A stretch of 64,000 nucleotides of DNA, from contig JACVGT010000019.1 in assembly GCA_018992685.1 (NCBI GenBank), positions 1 to 64,000 on the forward strand, given 5' to 3'. Below are positions 60,082 through 64,000 of this stretch, one piece after another. The stretch comes from Theionarchaea archaeon (GTDB lineage: Archaea; Methanobacteriota_B; Thermococci; Methanofastidiosales; SZ-28-30). Each line of letters starts with the position of its first letter. The stretch's first letter is position 1. The translations under genes were made by a program, and so were the position numbers. The notes beneath the pieces were generated by a model. It was not told where the DNA came from. It saw only the letters and a program-made list of their open reading frames with translations, and made no database searches.

Positions 60082-60121
60082 CCTTTTTTCCTTTTTTTCT
60101 TTGCATTTTCTCTTTTTATTT
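60082..60121 (+). terminator. U-rich terminator
   Basis: Several T runs right after the stop codon. Confidence 0.6.
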
Positions 60122-60246
60122 GGAATTAAACCACTGAATCAGAAATCATTTTCTCACACACTCCACCCAATACCTGAGGAATCCTTTGCCTTGCTTTCCT
60201 TCTTGTCTCACTCAGGAATTTCTGTGTCCAGAAATCACTCACCAGA

Positions 60247-61047
60247 CTACGTCCCGTCCACTATGTGTATCACTCTCTGAGGAAAGGGTATGTGTATGCC
60301 TGCTTTTTCCAGCTCTACTTTCATTTTCCATAGCAACTCCATCTGTACTGTATACCACACCTGTGAAGGGGCCCATACCCGTATGCTCAGGCGGACACTG
60401 CTGTCCCCCAGGTCGTCCACATAAACAGCTGGTCTAGGATTGACCAGTACAAAAGGGTGTTCTTCCAGCACCTTCTTTATGACCTGTATAGCCTCCTCCG
60501 CATCATCCTCGTATCCAATTCCTATGGAATACTCAAACCGTCTGGCAGGGTATTTCACATAGTTCGTAATGTTTGACGAAAACACCTTCTCGTTCGGTAT
60601 CCTCATATACGTGCCATCAAATGTCCTCACTACTGTAGAAAGTACCCGTATATCCTCTACAACACCTGAAATATCTCCTATCTGAATCTGATCTCCGATC
60701 CTGATTGGTCTTTCAACAATCAAGAAGAGTCCTGAGATCAAATTCGAGACAACACTCTGGCTGGCAAACCCCAGCACAACACCCGCGAATCCTCCAGCAA
60801 CCAAGAGTCCAGTGAGATGAAGACCAAGTTGAGGGAGGGCAATGACAACTCCCACAGCAATTATGCCATAGTATATGAGTCTCTCCGCGATGCTGAGGAC
60901 ATGTTCAGCAACCCGTTCTTTCAGGGCTGTTCTCACATTTGTCCTCACTAATCTGGCAACGATCACAGAGATGACAACAGTTAAAAGAAACACCGCAATG
61001 TCGCGCAGAGTAACGTCGCCAAATACTGAAAGAGATTGATCCATCAT
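60247..61047 (-). CDS. mscS: Small-conductance mechanosensitive channel
   Basis: LGFASQ..SNL.SG, RP.RIGD, IPN, IPFPQR. Confidence 0.95.
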   Translation of the reverse strand: MMDQSLSVFGDVTLRDIAVFLLTVVISVIVARLVRTNVRTALKERVAEHVLSIAERLIYYGIIAVGVVIALPQLGLHLTGLLVAGGFAGVVLGFASQSVVSNLISGLFLIVERPIRIGDQIQIGDISGVVEDIRVLSTVVRTFDGTYMRIPNEKVFSSNITNYVKYPARRFEYSIGIGYEDDAEEAIQVIKKVLEEHPFVLVNPRPAVYVDDLGDSSVRLSIRVWAPSQVWYTVQMELLWKMKVELEKAGIHIPFPQRVIHIVDGT

Positions 61048-61781
61048 AACCCCCGCTCCATCAAAAATGATTCCTTCTCCATTACCGCCCCCTTACTTGA
61101 ATTGAAAAGTGTAGCCGCCTTCTTCATACCCACTAGGGGAGGTTCTTCCAGAAATGAGGTTTCAGCGCTGCCAGTACTGTTGACTTTCATGACAGCATTT
61201 GCCATGGCCAGCCCATCATAGAATATTCTCATGTAGCGCACGTCGAACACAAGGTTAGTTATTTCTTTGCGCTGAGGAGCAAGGTTCTCGATTTCCACGT
61301 TCGCAATACCCTCAGAAAGTGGGTCGACTTGAGGAACTTGAGTATAAACATCACTTCTCCACATCTTACAAATGACGCCATTGTCAGGATCTCCGTACAG
61401 TGTGTATTTCGGGCTCGTTACAGTAAAAAGATCTATGGGTTCTTCTTCCTTTCGTGTACTGCTGAAGAACCCCATATTCAAAGACTCTTCTGTTTCGGGG
61501 AAAACACCAATCTCAATGGGAAAGGTCACAACCACAGTAATCTTACTCCTGGAGGGCACCAACACGGGGAAGGCCGTTCTGATCAGCAGATAATGGGTTA
61601 TCATTTCCGGCTGAGTAACTGGTTCCACAGGGGTCACCAGCAAATTGAAAGGAGATGGCATAATTTTTTTGAGTTCGCTATCAGATTTCCGATGGTAGAC
61701 ATATAGTCCTTTTTCCTGATATGTTTCTATCGTAGAGGAACCGAGGCTGACTGGTTTCCCGAATTGATAGGAACCGAACAT
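61044..61781 (-). CDS. DUF432-domain protein
   Basis: PVEP, FPIEIGVF, KYTLYG.P..GVICK; mscS neighbour. Confidence 0.88.
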   Translation of the reverse strand: MFGSYQFGKPVSLGSSTIETYQEKGLYVYHRKSDSELKKIMPSPFNLLVTPVEPVTQPEMITHYLLIRTAFPVLVPSRSKITVVVTFPIEIGVFPETEESLNMGFFSSTRKEEEPIDLFTVTSPKYTLYGDPDNGVICKMWRSDVYTQVPQVDPLSEGIANVEIENLAPQRKEITNLVFDVRYMRIFYDGLAMANAVMKVNSTGSAETSFLEEPPLVGMKKAATLFNSSKGAVMEKESFLMERGL

Positions 61782-61961
61782 GTCCCCTTTTCTTTCTCGA
61801 GATTTATAAAGGTTGCAGTGTGGTTACAGGCCAGGATGGGGCCAATTCAGGTGCCCTGACATGTCTGTCCTGCAGTCTTTCCAGTGCTGCTGTATCGCTC
61901 CCCGAAGAAAAAGAAAAGTTTAAGTAGACTCTTGTCGATCAACATCTATGGAGGAACAATC

Positions 61962-62360
61962 ATGATTGGAACATTACCTGACTTGCTCTTGCATGCACTT
62001 CTGGAAACAATTCCCATAGAGTTCTCAGTGCTGGACACAGATGATAGAGTGCTGGCCTGGAACAAACATGACACACGAATCTTCAGAAGGCCTTCGGGAG
62101 AGGTGGGAAGGAATGTCCGTGACTGTCACCCAAAGAAGAGCCTGCATAAGGTTGAGCAGATTCTGAAGGAAATGAAGGAAGGAAAAAGAGATAAAGCCAC
62201 GTTCTGGATTGACCTGGAGAGGAATGGAAAAATCTCAAAAATCCTCATCGAATATTACGCTCTACGGGACGAGGAAGGGACCTACCTGGGCTGTCTGGAA
62301 GCCAGTCAAGACATCACGGACATGAGAGAGCTGGAAGGCGAAAGACGGTTGCTTGAATAA
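61962..62360 (+). CDS. Stand-alone PAS-domain protein (DUF438 C-terminal type)
   Basis: GRNVRDCHPKKS, FWID, YLGCLE.SQD. Confidence 0.88.
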   Translation: MIGTLPDLLLHALLETIPIEFSVLDTDDRVLAWNKHDTRIFRRPSGEVGRNVRDCHPKKSLHKVEQILKEMKEGKRDKATFWIDLERNGKISKILIEYYALRDEEGTYLGCLEASQDITDMRELEGERRLLE

Positions 62361-62433
62361 GGATTGACACAGTGGTTCCCCTTTTTTATGTCTCTCTCAT
62401 GCCGGTATTCTAGACGTTCTCTGTGAGGTGGGT

Positions 62434-63315
62434 TTACAGGTCAATGTTGAAGAACATCCTCATAAAAATTCCTATCACAAAGGTTATTCCTGCAATACCC
62501 AGGCTGATAAGAGCCATCTCCAAGAATCGTTTCCTGAAGGACACATCCTGCACCACGGAAATGTAGAACGTGAACACCATAATCACTGTGACTGCAATGA
62601 GCAGGGCAGCCCCCAGGCAGACAAAATATGAATCAAAAAGCACGTATGGAAAAATCAACAACAGGACTGTTCCCACATATGTGATACCCGTGTAAACAGA
62701 TGCTTTCACTGCATTCTGATCGATCCTCTGGGACTTGGTGGACAAGTACTCTGAAGCTGCCATGGACAGAGAAGCAGCAATCCCTGTTATCAACCCCACC
62801 ATGGCGATAAGGTCAGTTCGTTGTAGTGTCAGGGTAAACCCCGCAAGAGCCCCCAATAACTCCACCAGCGCATCATTCAACCCAAGGACAATTGAACCCA
62901 CGTATCGGAGCTTTTCCTCGTCCAGCAGTGCTATGAGCTCGTGCTCATGAACATCCTCATCTTTCTGAATTTCATTGGCCTCGGGAATGGATTCAGAGAC
63001 TTTCTCGTATACGTGCTGTGCCTTCTCTTCTCCTCTTTCCATCAGCTTGATTCCGAAGGTCAATCCCAGCACTTTCGAGACTGCGCAGTAATAGCCGATT
63101 TTCAGTCGGGAGGGCTTCACCTCTTCCCTGGTAAACTTTTTCCAGAAATCATAGTGAGTTAATTCATCCTGGGAGATACGCTGCAGTATCTCTTTGTTGT
63201 GAGGATTCTTCACCCACCGGGCGAGATTGCTGTATATGTGGTGCTCTGTTATTTCAGTCCTCTGCACGTTCAACAAGATATTTCTGATCCTTTTGCCGAG
63301 GGGTTCGTGCACCAT
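62434..63315 (-). CDS. Ferritin/rubrerythrin-like + VIT1/CCC1 iron transporter
   Basis: DE..H, E..HE, LGLNDALVE, SMAASEYLS. Confidence 0.9.
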   Translation of the reverse strand: MVHEPLGKRIRNILLNVQRTEITEHHIYSNLARWVKNPHNKEILQRISQDELTHYDFWKKFTREEVKPSRLKIGYYCAVSKVLGLTFGIKLMERGEEKAQHVYEKVSESIPEANEIQKDEDVHEHELIALLDEEKLRYVGSIVLGLNDALVELLGALAGFTLTLQRTDLIAMVGLITGIAASLSMAASEYLSTKSQRIDQNAVKASVYTGITYVGTVLLLIFPYVLFDSYFVCLGAALLIAVTVIMVFTFYISVVQDVSFRKRFLEMALISLGIAGITFVIGIFMRMFFNIDL

Positions 63316-63457
63316 GAGGAAGAATGGTTTTTTTCATATATAAGGGTTTGTAACTCCCGAATTACCACAGAATCTGTTCTTACTGCTTTGGAACCTGGTT
63401 TTCCGCAAGATTTAAAAGGTTGCACCCTCATAGAAGTAGATCAATGGAGAAGACGTC

Positions 63458-64000
63458 ATGATGAAAAAGAAAGCACTCGGTTGCCTTGTCATCTTCATGG
63501 TCATGAGTGTGTTTATCCCCCCCGCCAGCTGTCAGTCCAGCTGGACGGTCATGGTCTACATGGACGGGGACAACAACCTGGAAGCTGCTGCCATTGATGA
63601 CCTGAATGAACTGGAAGCTATTGGATCATCAACTGAGGTGAATATTCTGGTGCAGCTCGATCGAATCGAGGGCTGGGACAGTTCAAATGGCGACTGGACG
63701 AGCACCCGAAGGTACTTTGTCCCTCAGGATCTTAATGGATATGATAGCCTCATTGTTTCTACACTGATTGCGGACCTCGGTGAGTTGAATATGGGTGACC
63801 CCACCACCCTGACGAATTTTGTCGATTGGGCACGTACGAATTATCCTGCAGATAACTATCTTCTTGTGTTGTGGGATCATGGTGATGGCTGGAAAACACG
63901 GCTAACCCAGATTACCACGAAAGGAAAAATCACCAGTATACAGAAAAAAGAGCCTCTAAAAGGCGTGTGTCTTGATGATACCAGTGGTGATTATTTGACC
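63458..64000 (+). CDS. Clostripain (C11) family secreted peptidase (partial; missing from ORF track)
   Basis: Signal peptide; WTVMVYMDGDNNLE, NMGDP.TL, YPADNYLLVLWDHGDGW. Confidence 0.92.
   Translation, partial: MMKKKALGCLVIFMVMSVFIPPASCQSSWTVMVYMDGDNNLEAAAIDDLNELEAIGSSTEVNILVQLDRIEGWDSSNGDWTSTRRYFVPQDLNGYDSLIVSTLIADLGELNMGDPTTLTNFVDWARTNYPADNYLLVLWDHGDGWKTRLTQITTKGKITSIQKKEPLKGVCLDDTSGDYLT

Noticed and set aside
1-64000. CRISPR arrays, tRNA, rRNA
   Set aside because: No regularly spaced repeats, cloverleafs or rRNA signatures seen by eye

Overview
Archaeal chromosomal window. The DnaG N-terminus, thermosome, Ehb hydrogenase, BRE-TATA promoters and GGTGA/GGAGG Shine-Dalgarno sites suggest the Thermococci-related Theionarchaea/Methanofastidiosa group; this placement is inference. 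The window holds a 14-gene Ehb-type membrane [NiFe]-hydrogenase operon without ehbK/ehbQ, housekeeping genes (ths, ogt, ribK, dnaG), a MoxR/DUF58/DUF4129 cluster, two complete Opp/Dpp peptide ABC operons, two orphan paralogs of one solute-binding protein (SBP), an IS5-remnant island, a BlaI/M56 regulator pair, an ECF module and several predicted surface proteases. No rRNA, tRNA or CRISPR array was seen. The main candidate new system is a peptide-uptake switch with four parts. (1) A TACTAY-N5-RTAGTA-like box occurs at the blaI promoter and at all four SBP promoters. (2) The two orphan SBP genes have long leader hairpins with compensatory base changes; these expose a 17-19 nt sequence antisense to the 5' end and ribosome-binding site of the operon-linked paralog. 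(3) The three paralogs are circularly permuted and mosaic. (4) A beta-propeller-archaeosortase fusion is encoded in the Opp operon, near SBPs that end in a CLGT-TM-basic putative sorting signal. All calls are by eye; no searches or folding were run.
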